DNA from: Girardia tigrina
Lineage: Eukaryota
NCBI GenBank assembly: GCA_001938485.1
Contig: MQRK01181576.1
Coordinates: 20,106-69,848 of the forward strand
Direction of reading: 5' to 3'
Length of the DNA: 49,743 bases
The translations under genes and the position numbers were made by a program. This document shows, piece after piece, positions 26,691 to 40,104 of the stretch. The notes under the pieces were generated by a model. It was not told where the DNA came from. It worked only from the letters and a program-made list of their open reading frames with translations, and made no database searches. Positions within the stretch are counted from its first letter, which is position 1; each line of letters opens with the position of its first letter.

Positions 26691-27707
26691 CCAGCCATAG
26701 AACTTGGTATCATGACCACATCTGCCTTTGACTGTTCCAGTGGACGCGTACTATCCATGAAATTGGCACTGAAAACTTCCTTTCGCCTTTAATTATATAT
26801 GGTTGGATGTCACCAAATTTATAAAGTTCGATTAGATTAATGTGCCTTAGTATAACCTGATGCGAGTGAAATGAATAGTTCTAATGATTGTATTCGTATG
26901 TTGTTCTATTGTTATCGGATATCAAATACATGTATTTAAAATATTGGGCAATAAAAGGACACTAATTGATGAATTAATATAATTCTAAAAATAATCACTC
27001 AGTGCGATTTATCCTATGAGGTATTAGATAAATATATAATCAAATATGGATTTATATGAATATATATTTTTTATCTATAAACTTTACAAAACAGAAAGAT
27101 TAAAACAAAGGTTATAGATCTTTGAATTAGAAATAGGTTCGTGGAAAAATCAATAAAGATAATTAAATAATGTTACTTATTATCTTTGTGCAAATGAAGT
27201 GCCAATTGAATCGTAAATGATCGTTGGATGTATAGACAATAAATCATTTTCTTTTTATCTTGGTTCCTTTAGTTACTTTGATTAGTTAATAGTATTGCTT
27301 TTTGTCGATGTGATTGTTGCTACTCGATTCTGGATTTGTTGATTGATATCAGATTGTTGATGTGATTTGTTGTGCTTATTTACCTAAGGTTTAATTTGTT
27401 CTTTTTCTTTTTTTAGGTATATGATTTGAACAAATGGTTTGAATTAATGTCCCTTTCTTTGCTTGGTTAATTTATGAGGGAGGTGATAATTCTACGCAAT
27501 AAATATTTAAAGAATAATGAATGAATAACAATGTACAATTTAGTTTTTGCTTTGACAGTTAATTTCAATTTCTAATTTTCATATTTTATACTTTTTAATT
27601 ACATTGATTTTTTTTAAATCAATATATTATAATTTTAAAATTTTATTTTTATTTTTTATCCCATGGCAATTTCACTTAGACAATGGGATAATTATAATAA
27701 TAATAAT

Positions 27708-28330
27708 TGTAAGGGAAGTAATTATAACTCATTAATGAACTATTTATAATATATATATTAATATATATATTTATAATTGGATCTGAATACTGTTATATTA
27801 AAAACTCCTGAAAATTCAGTTGTTTAAATAATATATAGCGTTGGCAGATTTTCTTGAATTTAATAAATTTTGTGGTTATCAAGATCTTAGTGTTATTTTA
27901 TTATTTGTATTGTCTGAAAAAACTTGCATGGCGACCACGCCAAATATTATCAACAATTTGACCACGAAGTTATTCGAAGGACAAGAAGATATTGAAGAAT
28001 GCATTGTGGATTGCCAAAGATTTTTGATGTGCTGCAGATTAATGAAGCAATTCAAGCGTTGATAGAAAAAGCATTTATCGGGAAAGATTTACTTACGACA
28101 TACGAAGCAGTAGTTCAAAGGTAGTTAATTTTGCAGATAGATTGCGGAAGGCATTCAAGTAGCCATCATCTCTTGTACAAGATCTACAAGAGATAATTGC
28201 GTATCGGAAAGGATCAGATACAGTGCCAGCGTTTTTCAACCAAATCGATTAAATAGTGGAAAAAAATATTGAGCCACAAATGGAATAAGCAGGAGCTGAT
28301 GTCATATTTTTTTGACACATTGCATTGAAG
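27708..28330 (+). mobile_element. 5' end of an LTR retrotransposon: putative LTR (27708-27928), PBS, decayed gag
   Basis: TGTAAG...TTGCA then TGGCGACCACG; MATTPNI...KLFEGQEDIEE...FADRLRKAFK*PSSLVQD. LTR start uncertain. Confidence 0.7.
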
Positions 28331-30001
28331 GGGTTAGGGTAAGTATGTTTTGAAATAAATAAAACATAACAATAATGTAAACATGAATAATAAAATAATA
28401 ATGATATAATATATTAATAGGTAATTAAATAAATAAATATAACCGTAATTGTCTGATAATGAGTACAATCTCATAATATTTATATTTTATTTATGAAATG
28501 CTGGTGATAATGCAACAACGATAATATAAATAAAACATTATTATTGATTTAGTATTTAAATGAATAGATAATGTAATGAGATTTTAATAATTAACTTATT
28601 ATAAATATGAATAACTTGTTTTCTGTAAGGTTACTACACACATTTATACGCAGATAGCGAGACGCGCATTACAAAAAATACACAGAAACCCGCCGACTTC
28701 AAAACATACATGATAAGAAGCATGTCCTTTTAGAAAAGACATGCAACCCTATGATATCAGCCTAGATATCACAACATCAAGGTTACACCACTCATTATTC
28801 CGTGGCATTATATAAATGGATGTAGAATAATGATCGGGAATAAAATAGTATTGGTAAAATCTTTCGATAACTCTACTAACCACGCCAATAAGTTCGCCTA
28901 TAACATTTATAATAAATGTATGGTTGTCATAAAAAGGAAAACACTAGGTCAAATGACCATTACCTATATAATGGGAACCTAGGAGCTTAATTACCCTATC
29001 ACGTTCAACAAACCATTTTAAAAGGTAAAAGTTACATACTTCCACACCCATTTATGCCCTTATTAATAAATGACAGTATGACTTACCTTAAGTTGCCTGA
29101 AAAGAACATTATGGAGTTGCAATTATTCGACATGAAGGATGTTAAACAAAGTGAACAACTAATTGACGAACTGATATTTTTATCGGATAACGAGGGTATC
29201 CTAGCCGTCAAATTTATATTTCAGGATAACATTTCAAACTCTCTCCTATCAATGTCGTACCTAAAAATAGAACCACACATCGAGATATCAGAACTGATCA
29301 TAAAAAAAATTGATCGCTCTTTCATGACATTTTTCGTTTTAGTGAACTCCTTTGTATCTGGACATCTTTGCATGGCCAGGAATATCGATCAGTTTAAAGA
29401 CTTTATTACAGTTTTTCTTTCACTTTCACACTCAGGGTGGATCAAAAACTCTATTTTGATATATTAACAAATTGTTTATACATTTGATATTATAGACATT
29501 TATTTACAAAATGCCTATATTGTTCATATTATTTATTTATAATGTCAATTTGTATAAGAAAATGCAATAGCTAGAAAATAAAAGAATTGTTCTTTAAACA
29601 TTATCATTTTCTTACGCGTATCTTTTTGTTATTTCTTCATACATTGTTATTTTCTGCGTTACCAGCTAGGCGCCTTTAGAAAGATATTTAAATGGAATCT
29701 GGCTAATCAAATTAATTTATATAAGATTATTTTAAAAAATTTAAAAAAGTAAGTGATTACAATTTACTTTATTTAATTTTTATCTCATTTATTTAATTAT
29801 TTATCGTAATGTAATTTTGTTTAAATTAAATTTAAAAAACCAGTATAAAAGCATTTATTTTTTATTTGATTTTAATTTTAAAAACAGGCGATTGACGATG
29901 ATAATAAAAATGCTGTTAAAAATAAAAATTATGTTGTTGTTGGGATATAAATAAAAGTCATAACATAAGTCATAACTGTTCCTTCTACAATTAATGTTCT
30001 A

Positions 30002-30038
<37 letters not shown>

Positions 30039-31928
30039 AATAATAATAATAATAAGACAATATACTAATAACTTCACAATGAGAGTTGGACGAAGTATCT
30101 ACCAGTTTCGATTTGATATTGGGATAACATGCCAAAATAATAAAGTAAACAACTTACTAATAAATAATAAATGAAAGCTTACAATCATGAACATTTTTAT
30201 TTGTCAAGAGGCAGACTTAATAACTACCTTACAGTTAAGTTAGAACATATCAAACAAATAGTTCTAATCGATTTTACGCTAAAATAAAAGGAACCAAACT
30301 TTTGAAAATTAAAATATATTATAGTTCGCAATTTCAGGAACCACGATTCGATGATGAGATTCACAGATCAATAATATTTGCACCAGAAATACAGGATATT
30401 AGCTGTACAAAGAAAATGAAGACTACTACAGAACATGTAAAGATAGAGGAGTATACATTATTATATAAGTAAATAGCTCCTAACAATCATACAATTATAA
30501 CAGACAAAGTAATTGAGGTACATACATCATTACCGAAACTATAAATAATGATTTCAAGGAACACGATAGTTGGTCATTTATATTAATAGACGTAAGCCTT
30601 GTTTTATTCTTACTCTTTACAATATTTGGAATGAGACAGATATACCACAAATATAAGAAATCATTTGGCTTTAAACTTAATCGTACATCATTGGGAAAAT
30701 ACCTGCCAGAGATGTACGTTAATGTCACACAGGTATAAAAATCATATTTAAATGTTGTAAGCGCATAGAAATCCTGAATCTCGTGTATATTTGTTTTTTT
30801 TATATTTTTATTTCTACTTGTTTTGGAAAGGACACAATTTATCTACCTTTTATGCTTTTAAACTTAAATATGAAAAAAAACGCCTCAGAACAATCAGAAG
30901 ATGCAGCAAAAATATTCTGTGCAAGCTTTGCCTATCCTAGCAAATGAACATTTAATTTTTATGATCGTTTCGCTTAGAAAGTCAATTCTGGAAGAGCAAA
31001 TTTAAAAACGAAAAACCTTTGATCGAGATTGGGAAGTGACTGAGGAACTTCGATATATTTCTCCATTTGTTATGTTTGAGTACATAAAACGGTGAAATTT
31101 TCATAAACAGCACCGCGTTTTCTAATTACTACAGGAGGTTCATATGCTTCCAATTGGAATCCAAATAAACACATTAATGACAAGATCACAAAATTATTTA
31201 ACTTTACAATAAGGTCTTTTAATACGGTGCATCATTTAATAAAGTGATCCAACACGGCCTTAAATGACAGTAACTCGTCATATGTATTGAATATCCATTC
31301 CCCAACACTTATCCAAACACACTTGCTTATAATGACTTCAAGCATGTAGTTAAATCAAACGGGGCAACATTATTGTTTATATCAGATATCATAGGAGTAT
31401 ATCGAGAGCATATTCCAACAACCTCAAATAAGCCCCATTTTAAATTATTATGAGTATGCATTCACGCAGCTTCTTCCGCGATGGTATATTAAAATCTAAT
31501 TTACCAATTTGTCATTCTATTCAAATCATATTTCCTGACATAATGGACGCGGAAGAAAAAGAGAAATTTAAGGAAATCAACCTTTTACCTAACAGGGTGT
31601 TTCCATCTTTGCAATTACGTTTTTTAATGGCATTAACCCGTTTAAAATAAAATCCTTCATCCATATACAATTGGACATCTATGTTAGCAAGAAATTAATA
31701 GCCCAACGCGTTTCATTTTTAAGAAAATATTTGCCTTTAACTAAAATTCAAAGTCATCTCAGATTCCTTGATGCCGAATTTGCCAAAAATAGCTGTAAGA
31801 TATATAAGTATAATTAATAAGATATTTTAATTCTCAACATTTAAATAATTATTAGTGTTATTGAATGTCTATATCTATATCCATATCTATATTTATATTA
31901 ATCGGTTAAAAATATAACTACTAAAAAA

Positions 31929-33860
31929 CAGTAAATAGGCGATTCGCCTAATTGACGTTTCGCTTAAATGACAGTTCGCATAAATGAAGTTTTACCTAAA
32001 TTTCGTTTCATCTAAATGTTGGGTCACCTAAATAAGGTATCAAATAGTCAGACTTTGAGTTATAGTAATATAGTCTTAATTAAATGAATCATAAAATAAA
32101 AATATTGTTTAATAACATTTTTTTATTAAAAAACTATTTTTTAGTCATTAGATGACAGCTCATTCGATTCAAAAGTTTTTTTTTCTTGTCGAAGTTGTAA
32201 TGCATGGGTATTTCTGTAAGCTGAATGCTCATTAATTACATCGAATAGCACGATCGAGGAATTCGATAAAATTTAATTCATTGAAATCAACTACCATTGA
32301 TCGAAGGCGCTTCAATTGGTCGTTGATTTGTGAATATTTTCGATTTGACTCATTCGGCTTCTTTCCATTGCGAAGAGCTTCGATGTCTCCCTCGCTTGTA
32401 TCCTGACTTTTCTGCAAAGCCATGATAAGTTCGTGAATGTTTGGATGCACTTTCCAAACCAAATTATTAAATGCATTGTGCCAGCCCTCGAGGTTATTGA
32501 TTGTTCGTGGACCGTCATTTGAAAAATGATTCCATATTTCTATACGAAACAAGCTATTATTCAGCCAGGTTCGCTCATAATAATCAATCAGAGATTGAAG
32601 GACTGGCATCAGATTTGATCGATTCGTATATCACATCGAGATCTGCAAAACACACCAATGGCAAAGCTGCAAGTCGGCGAATCGTTTTCCGTATTGAAAC
32701 ATCTTCAATATAATACTGCTGGAGACCATGAAGTTGTGTTTTTCTCCAGATCGCTTGTGTAAAATGGAAGAAGCAACCACGAATCTGGGATGATGGAAAT
32801 TCATCCTTTGCAGTCTGTATAACTGCTTGCTCGAAGTCAATTTGTGTGCACTGGGGTTGTAGTTGCATTTGAACTTCGGCAAGCTTATGCTTGATTATGC
32901 GAAATAATCGCCTATATGTTCCTGTGGACTTATCCGGCAGCAATGCATAAACCACAGGAAACATGTGCCCACCAACAAAACAGTGAATACTGTATATTTG
33001 TTGAAATAGAGATGGACATGCTTTAAATGTGCCATCCATATAAATCACATCTGCACGAAATTGTTGGTTGCAAAAACCAATATTTTATCATCATCACCAT
33101 CATCAGCCAAGAGAAATTGCGATTTCCATCCAGAGTCTCCGTCCAGGGATCGGCGAGAGCAATTTGATTTCTTGTCACGGGTTCGACCGGGATCAACTTG
33201 CTCTTCGCGCGATAAAAACTTCGGGTAGCATTTTCAAACAATGGCATAGTCTGGTTTACGTCTTCTGGAGCAATGTTCGAATGCGATGCACTTGAGAACT
33301 CTCTTCGCGTCTCTTCAAATGTTTGGCGCATTTTTTCATTGGTTGGGCCTGGATCTTCTCTTTTGCAGACTCCATAAATTTACGCTGAAGATCGTTTTGC
33401 ACATCTGGTGCATGATTGTGTTCTTCAAACACGCCCCTCTTTAGCGTTCTTCCCTCTGTATGAATTCTCGCAGGGCAATTATCGGTGCAGCATTTCCAAT
33501 ATACTGTACCATTTGTGGTGTTCACGAGACGAAATTCGAAGCCATTCAATACCGGTGCTTGGTTTCCTCTCTTTCTCGAAACCCATTCAAAATTCGTCAT
33601 ATCGCTATTAAAGGTTTAACCTAAATTTATTTAGAATCAAGTAATCTAGATTTCTTCTATAATACTATCGATAATAATACTAATAATTAATTACTAATAC
33701 CAAATTAATCTATCCAACGGAAGTTAATTTGTGATTTCCGAAAGGATAATTTATTAATAATGCTCTTTTGTTTTAAAAACGTGCATTTCATTATGTAAAA
33801 TAACAATTAGGTAAAACTTCATTTAGGCGAAACGTCAATTAGGTGAACCGCCTATGAATC
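31929..33860 (-). mobile_element. Mutator-like element (MULE) with TIRs and TSD
   Basis: Left ATAGGCGATTCGCCTAATTGACGTTTCGC matches the reverse complement of right GCGAAACGTCAATTAGGTGAACCGCCTAT. 8-bp TSD CTAAAAAA at 31921-31928 and 33861-33868. Confidence 0.9.
32232..33600 (-). pseudogene. FLYWCH + MULE DDE transposase, frameshifted
   Basis: YWKC....CPARI...HNH (33256-33600); YMDGTFK, IDFEQA, GCFFHFTQAIWR (32584-33048); PRTINNLEGWHN (32232-32609). Split over four ORFs. Confidence 0.92.
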
Positions 33861-34574
33861 CTAAAAAATATCCTCAAATAAAAAAATGGTTGTTTAAATA
33901 ATCAAAAATTTGTGTTAAAAATCAAAAAGTGTAATTAAATAAATTATTTTCATTTAGTCGTATTTATTCTATATTTAAATCTCGGAAGAGTAATGAGACA
34001 TTTATACTACCGATATCGTTCCTAACAATAACCATTGTTCGGAATTCAAATGTTATGATTATTATACAAATTACTTTATCATTATTTATAATCAAATTTT
34101 GTACCTTTAAGAGTTATCCTTCCCTCACTCGAAAAGCATGATAATCTGTGATAACATTATTCGTTTACTTATTTGCTTGTTGATATAAATAATTGTATAT
34201 AATATAAAATGGTGTAAAAAATATTCAAATGCCGAATCAAAGCAAAATTTGAAATAAAGAGAGATCAAAATTACGCCACGTGAGTGGTTATGATGTTGTA
34301 AGTTGTTGATTTAGAGAGAAACTCAGAGCGAAATATTTTTGAGTTCAGTGAAATTTTGAGAAGTTGAACAAAATAAAATTTGCTGAGTTAACTTTTCTTT
34401 TAAATTTGATCTGATTTAAATTATTATTGGATACTTTGAAATTTCATCCAAAATTGTAAAGTTTATAATGTTTAAATTTATATTATTTCACAATAATTCG
34501 CAATATCTCAAATTGATTCAAATTTTAAAATATAATATAAAATAAGATACGAATTCGACATAAAAACTTTATTT

Positions 34575-34617
34575 TTGTCCTGTGGGCCAATGTCCGTGCG
34601 GACAACTGTCCGGCTAC
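34575..34617. repeat. Orphan DNA-transposon terminal-repeat-like segment
   Basis: GC-rich TGTCCGTGCGGACAACTGTCCGGCTACC with reiterated TGTCC/GGACA motifs; no partner found. Confidence 0.3.
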
Positions 34618-35570
34618 CATTAATAATGTCTCAGACTAGGCTAATCAAGCAAATGTTATTCGATCAATCTAGTCGTCTAAAGGTATTAATAATAAATTGT
34701 CTTGTAACTAAACAAAGTTACAAACACCTTGAACTTAATGAACTGTATTTATACTGATACAAAAATGATTAAACGAATAGATTTAATAAACGTAAACAAA
34801 TTATATTAACAATTTACAATAATTAACTAATAATATGGGAAAAAATAAGGTAGTCTAATAATCAAAACATATAAGCCAATTGTCCATAAAAATGATAATA
34901 AAAATTGTCTGAGGAGAGAATTGAATTGTGATTGTAATAATTTCATAATCATTGTTTGATTCTATCAATTTCATTTTTTACTTTGGTTCAATTCTATTGT
35001 TGGTTCCAGTGAGAGTAAAATCTAATCGAAACAAAGTATTACCGTGTTTCTCTAAATATAAGACACTGTCTTATTAATTTTGATGATAAAATTACCTGTA
35101 GGTCTTATACTAGCATATTTTCGAAATTAAAAATCTTAGAGTTTTGAAATTTTTAAAAATTAGAGTCTTTAAATTTTGAACTAGGTTTTATAGAAGGGGA
35201 TGTATTATAATTGGAGAAACACGATAGGCACAGCCAGAAAAAAAGCTAATTTATTTTTAATTTTTTTTTCATTCGATATTTTTAAAGTTAAATTTTCAAT
35301 TTTTAATTATAATTATGAACCTTAATTCATAATTATAATTTTTGATGCGGGGGGGGACATTTTATATTGTTATTGACTGTCTTGTTTTTATTGTTTCTTT
35401 TTTAATTTCAATTTTTGATTTTTGACTTACGTCTCAAATAAAGGGCATATAAATAAATAAATATTTATATAAAATGTTACATATACAAATAACAAAAGAG
35501 CGGACATTAAGATACCTATACAGGAATATAAGTAAATAATATTATTAATAAAAATTTTTTTATAAAAACA

Positions 35571-35980
35571 ACCACGTTTTTCAAGCATTACCAATGCACT
35601 AAAAAGAGGAAAATAATTTTTTTCTAGACATGTGAGAAATTTTATACCTAANNNNNNNNNNNNNNNNNNNNNNNNNNNNNNNNNNNNNNNNNNNNNNNNN
35701 NNNNNNNNNNNNNNNNNNNNNNNNNNNNNNNNNNNNNNNNNNNNNNNNNNNNNNNNNNNNNNNNNNNNNNNNNNNNNNNNNNNNNNNNNNNNNNNNNNNN
35801 NNNNNNNNNNNNNNNNNNNNNNNNNNNNNNNNNNNNNNNNNNNNNNNNNNNNNNNNNNNNNNNNNNNNNNGTATAAAAAAATTCAGCTCAATTGGATGAC
35901 TGAAAGTGGTCGAAAAATCAATCGCAAGATTTGTTCCAGACAGACAAACAGACAAGAAAGCAAGCTAATAAAAACGTGGT
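35571..35980. mobile_element. MITE-like element spanning an assembly gap (N at 35652-35870)
   Basis: Inverted ends ACCACGTTTTT / AAAAACGTGGT; 3' part (ATCGCAAGATTTG..CCAGACAGACAAACA) shared with 40105-40464. Confidence 0.55.
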
Positions 35981-36131
35981 AAAATATACAAAAATCTTTG
36001 CTTTGAATACATGTGAATTAAAAAGATAAATACAATACAATAATGATACATAACTTAGTAAAAAATACTTGAAAAAGTGTCCTTAAATTTTGATTTTGTG
36101 ATTATTTTTTAATATATTTTTCTTTCTATAT

Positions 36132-38445
36132 GTGACCGTAGTTGAGAAAAGAGACCACAAGTCGCTGCACAGAAAGCCCAGAAATCGCCTGTAATAGTGG
36201 ATTGGTCAAAAATGGAGCAAAAGTAGTTCTCAATCTATTTCAATAGGTCAATGCATCATTTGTTGTTCTGACCTATTTATAGGCCTTAACTACCAACTTC
36301 AAGTGACTGAGTGAAAAGGGACCACAAGTCGGCCATTGTGTTTTCGCTAATAAATCATACCAATACTGAGGAAAATACTTTTTGTAATTAGGTATATATA
36401 GTGGGTTTGATGTTCAATTTCAGTGAAAATATTTAAAGTCAGGTGAATCATTATTCAGACTGCTGCTGCTGTCTAAAACGCATTGTGCCAAATACGGTTG
36501 GGGTAGCAGTTACCTGTAGTCAAGTGTTCACAATGGTTAGCAAATAAAATGTATAGTGAATGTGTATTGTGTTTTATGTTTTGTTTAGTTTACAATGACA
36601 TCATTAGAAAAGAAATTGAGTGCTGCTGATGTTGCCAAATTATTGAATTCCGACCTAGAAATTTTTTTTTACAAGAGCACATTTTGAAGACAGTGATGAA
36701 GAACTTGATATTGATGACTATAAACGAGCTGCTGAGACTGTGGTAGAAGGGAAAAGTTTACCTTCTGATGATCAGTTGGAAGGTGGTCAGCAGTCTGAAT
36801 CAGCGCTGATCCGGAATTATAGACACAATTTACAGCTCAAAGCAAAGCAGATATGTTGCGATGATGCAGTTATTGAAAAGTTTTTGACTGATGGCTGTGA
36901 GTGCAGTAGGAAGTGTCATGAACAGTTTACTGCCGACGAAATTATGACACACAGATTGCAGCTGCAAGAACTCGACTTCTACAACTCGGATCATATTAAT
37001 GCTAAAAACGAAACAATTGTTTCACAGTTTGCAGCACTTTGTGATACCAGTAGTTGTTCTACACCATCCCACAAAGCATCAACAAGTCGCGTGAAAACAA
37101 GAAACACTATTATGTTTCACGGTCGCGAAATATGTCTTAAAACTTTTTTATTTGTTAATGACATTGGAATAAAGCGTTACAAATTGTTGAAACATCGATT
37201 TATCAGCACTGGAATTCAGTCTCATGCCCATGGAAAGACAGTGAAGCATGGACTTGTGTTGGCAGATTGCGAGCAGATATTGATGTTTTAAAAGCAGTTT
37301 TCTGAACAGTTTGGGTTGGTGTTGCCAGGAAGAGTTCCAGGTTTTAAGGCTGACGATCTTGTACTACTTCCATCCAATCTAACAAAACGAGAATTAAACA
37401 GGAAATACAGTGATGCTTGTGTTGTTGCAAAACAATGAGCTGTCGGTTATGACTCCTTCCTGCGAGTCTGGAAAGACGGACTCCCAAACACAGTCATTCA
37501 GCGACCAAGAACTGACCGGTGTTCAACCTGCCAGAGAAGCCTTACCAAAATGGTCAGGTATCGTGGCATGAGTGAAGAAGAAAAAACTGATCATCTTCTT
37601 ACGTCACTAGCACACTTGGACCGTGTGAAAATGGAGCGGCATTTTTACACTGACAGAATCATTGCGGCTCGTCAAGCAGTGTGCCAGATGCAGTCAACAA
37701 CATTGGGGTTACATCTGTCATGCTCAGTGAATATTCAGCTTCACATTTCGTTTAACTATGCTCAGCAAGTGCTTGATCCACATTCCATTTGATCCACACC
37801 AGCCGGGGGAAATATACTTTCTCGTTCCATTTAAAGTTTGCTTGTTCGGCATTATGAGTTAAGGAGTTAGCAAACAAGTGACATATTTATCAATATGCAC
37901 TATTCTGGAATGTATTTGAAATGTTTTTATACATTTAGTAAATATTTACTAAATGTATAAAAAACATTTCAAATACATTCCAGAATCGTGCATATTGATA
38001 AATTGTTGTCTGTTGATTAAAATTCTTCTAGGTTCAAATGCTGTTATTAGTTATGTCGACCACTATTTCGACAACTTTTCTCTTGGTGAAACAGACATTG
38101 TTATTCACGCTGACAACTGTACAGGACAAAACAAAAACAATTTCTTGATGGTATATTTTATGTGGCGAGTGCTGATCGGGAAGCACAAGTGTAAAGTTTT
38201 GTTTTTTACCGGTTGGGCATACGAAGTTTAGCCCTGATTGGGCATTTGGAATGATGAAGAGAAAGTTACGATACACGAAAGGCAACTCGCTAATAGAACT
38301 AAAGCAGTGCTTTGAAGCCAGCTCACCAGTGTCAGGTGTGAACATTGCATGTCTTACTGGCACAGAAGATGGTAAAGTGTGTGTGCCGGTAAGAGACTGG
38401 CAGAAATTCCTGACGAAGAAGTTGGTGTTTCGAAAGTTGAATTAT
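36132..38445 (+). mobile_element. Sola-superfamily DNA transposon, 3' truncated; transposase pseudogene from ATG 36595
   Basis: Motifs GCECSRKC, ICLKTFLF, LPGRVPG, PRTDRCSTC, HISFNYAQQV, HADNCTGQNKN, FLPVGHTKFSPDWAFG. Left end GTGACCG...AAAAGAGACCACAAGTC, with a subterminal repeat near 36303, preceded by ATAT. Stops and frameshifts; no right TIR found. Confidence 0.8.
37885..38003. repeat. Loopless near-perfect palindrome (59/60-bp arms)
   Basis: Centre at 37943/37944; arms differ by one substitution and one homopolymer base. Confidence 0.95.
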
Positions 38446-39119
38446 AAAAAATGGTGATTATAATTTTAAAATAAATTTTATTATTTGTCACATTCCTCCG
38501 TTACATTTTATTTCTACTTTAAACATTAAATTTTATTTTTTTATCAATATAAATTTTACTATATTTTTATATGTAAATAAACATGAAATTAGATTACAAT
38601 AGGAGCTTTAATTTACTAATCCTTGAAATTTTATTTTTGCCGTATATTACAATATGATTTTAATTTAATCATTTTAAAATTTATATTCCACTGAAATGAA
38701 ATTCTAATATATTTTTTTCACCAAACAATTTTAAAATCAGGTTTAATGAATTATTTTACATTTTTTAAAACAAAATTTATAATTGTACTACAAAATTAAA
38801 ATCATTTCTTAAAAGGAATGACACGGCAGTACCGACACATGACGACGAATCAGCCGGTGCACCGATACCGTCAAGTCGATCCATCGATCTCTTCGAGAAA
38901 CAATTCCTCGCACGTTTAAGGGATATAGGTCGTCACATCTTGACCCGGTGGCCGGTATCTTAGTATGACAGTTTATTGTCTTTTGTATTATAAAAATATT
39001 TTTAATGAAATTAAAAATAATGTCTTTCATTTAAAAGTAATTTAATTGAAAAGAATAATGTCTCAAATATTTATAACAAAATATTTATATATATTGTATT
39101 AATTCAATATTCATAATAA

Positions 39120-40073
39120 TGTTGAGTATATAAAATACAAGCATAAAAAATAAATAAATTTTTGTTTTAATTAAATGGATATAATAAAAGTTATTTATCC
39201 TTTTATTATATTATATATATATAATATATATAAATAAATTAATTAAAATAAATAGAAAAGGTAAATAAGTTAATAAAATAAAAAGATAATTTTAGAAAAA
39301 GAATCAATTAGATTATTTTATAAATAAATAAAAGAATTTTAAATTTAAAAAGATTATATAAAGAGGTTTAATTATGTACTTTTGGTGACTTCTGAATTTT
39401 TACAAGAAGGTTATTGCGTGCAAGGATTATATTTTGTTTGTGTGATAAAAGGAAAAAGGAAAAAGAGAAAAAATTATATTTGGAAGAATAAGTTTGAGTC
39501 TTAATTATATTTCGAAGAAAAGAAAGTTTTAATTAATTAAAAGAAAGTACAAGAAAGGGAAACGCCCTTAATTATATTCGACAGCTGATATTTCCCTGAG
39601 AGGAAAATCTTGAGAGTAAACAGCTGAATTTTGCACTTAAGAGAAACCTTAATTATTTTTCAAGAAAGTTTTAAAAAGAGACAGCTGATTTATTTTTTAA
39701 GAAAAGGAAAGAGACAGCTGAATTTCGCACTTGACTATTTAGAAGAAAAAGTCAAGTGCTTGTTGATTTTTCTGTGGAAAACATATAAAAAGCAGCTCAG
39801 ATCAAGAATTGTAAGAGATGAAAAAGGGAAAAAGCAAAAAGTGCGAATTAAATATAATTATATATTTTTCTTAATATATTTTTTATATACATTCTAAAAT
39901 CAGCGGGGTAGAAGAATCTCTTCTCCCTCTTTATCTAATCTTTAAATTCTTAATAAGTTAAGTTCCTAAACTCATTTCGTGATTGTGAAACTTGTATATA
40001 ATAAATAAATTTTATTTAAAGATAACTCTTGTTATAGTTTCTGTTTTATATAAATTCACCTAATATCCCAACA
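39120..40073 (+). mobile_element. Solo LTR family B, copy 3
   Basis: TGTTGAG...CCCAACA ends; TSD ATAA (39116-39119 and 40074-40077); four CAGCTG, TATAAAA at 39784, AATAAA near 40000. Confidence 0.85.
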
Positions 40074-40104
40074 ATAATATAATCATACCAAAAAATTTTT
40101 GGTA

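Larger units (their letters stand above)
31794..34027. mobile_element. Solo LTR family A, copy 2, interrupted by a MULE
   Basis: 31794-31928 plus 33869-34027 reconstitute the 2049-2334 element; TGTAAGA...CCTAACA; TSD ATAGC/ATAAC (one mismatch). Confidence 0.85.

Noticed and set aside
35599-35982. ORFs with long X runs
   Set aside because: Artefacts of translating the N-gap.
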